The notes beneath the pieces were generated by a model that saw only the letters and a list, made by a program, of their open reading frames with translations, ran no database searches and was not told the origin of the DNA. A DNA stretch of 33,333 bases from a virus (Duplodnaviria > Caudoviricetes). A program made the position numbers and the translations under genes. Positions within the stretch are counted from its first letter, which is position 1, and every line of letters starts with the position of its first letter. The stretch spans positions 1-33,333 of IMG/VR virus record IMGVR_UViG_3300004258_000004; one strand, written 5' to 3'. Below are positions 33,313 through 33,333 of this stretch, one piece after another.

Positions 33313-33333
33313 CGATTCCCCCCCCCGGCACCA
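33313..33333 (+). other. Probable att core: 3' end of a tRNA (Leu-like)
   Basis: CGATT-CCCCC-CCCCGGC-A-CCA = part of T-loop, 3' T-stem, 3' acceptor strand, discriminator A and CCA; the rest of the tRNA is absent. Confidence 0.8.

Larger units (their letters stand above)
1..33333. mobile_element. Temperate lambdoid phage/prophage with podovirus-type morphogenesis module (left part missing)
   Basis: cI/cro switch, replication, nin, Q, terminase, portal, capsid, ejection proteins and lysis genes in canonical order; no tape-measure or tail-tube gene recognised; tRNA 3' fragment at the right end. Confidence 0.96.

Noticed and set aside
33250-33333. Complete tRNA gene at the right end
   Set aside because: Only the last 21 nt fit; the upstream sequence is AT-rich with no 5' acceptor strand or D and anticodon arms

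Overview
The window is most of a temperate lambdoid phage or prophage with a short-tailed (podovirus-type) virion module. Gene order: leftward early genes (two tandem-repeat proteins, small hypotheticals, HNH-AP2 endonuclease), OL/pL, lipoprotein + CI repressor, OR/pR, cro, cII-like, GIY-YIG/T5orf172, DUF1376-type replication initiator with iterons and a partner, nin region (NinB-like, NinG), Q-like antiterminator, pR' with a structured non-coding leader, TerS/TerL, portal, an inserted 93-aa protein plus a FAD-oxidoreductase-fold/CBM-like protein, scaffold, major capsid, adaptor, P22 gp10-like hub, three ejection proteins, tail fibre and chaperone, lysis cassette, metallophosphoesterase, an AT-rich minus-strand unit with a C4-like RNA, and the 3' end of a tRNA-Leu-like gene as a probable att core at the last base. 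No integrase is in the window; it probably lies beyond the left edge. The most unusual items are the oxidoreductase-fold protein with a degenerate FAD motif inside the head module, three separate structured-RNA loci, and several small ORFs missed by the ORF track. All family calls are from motif recognition and gene order, not from database searches.
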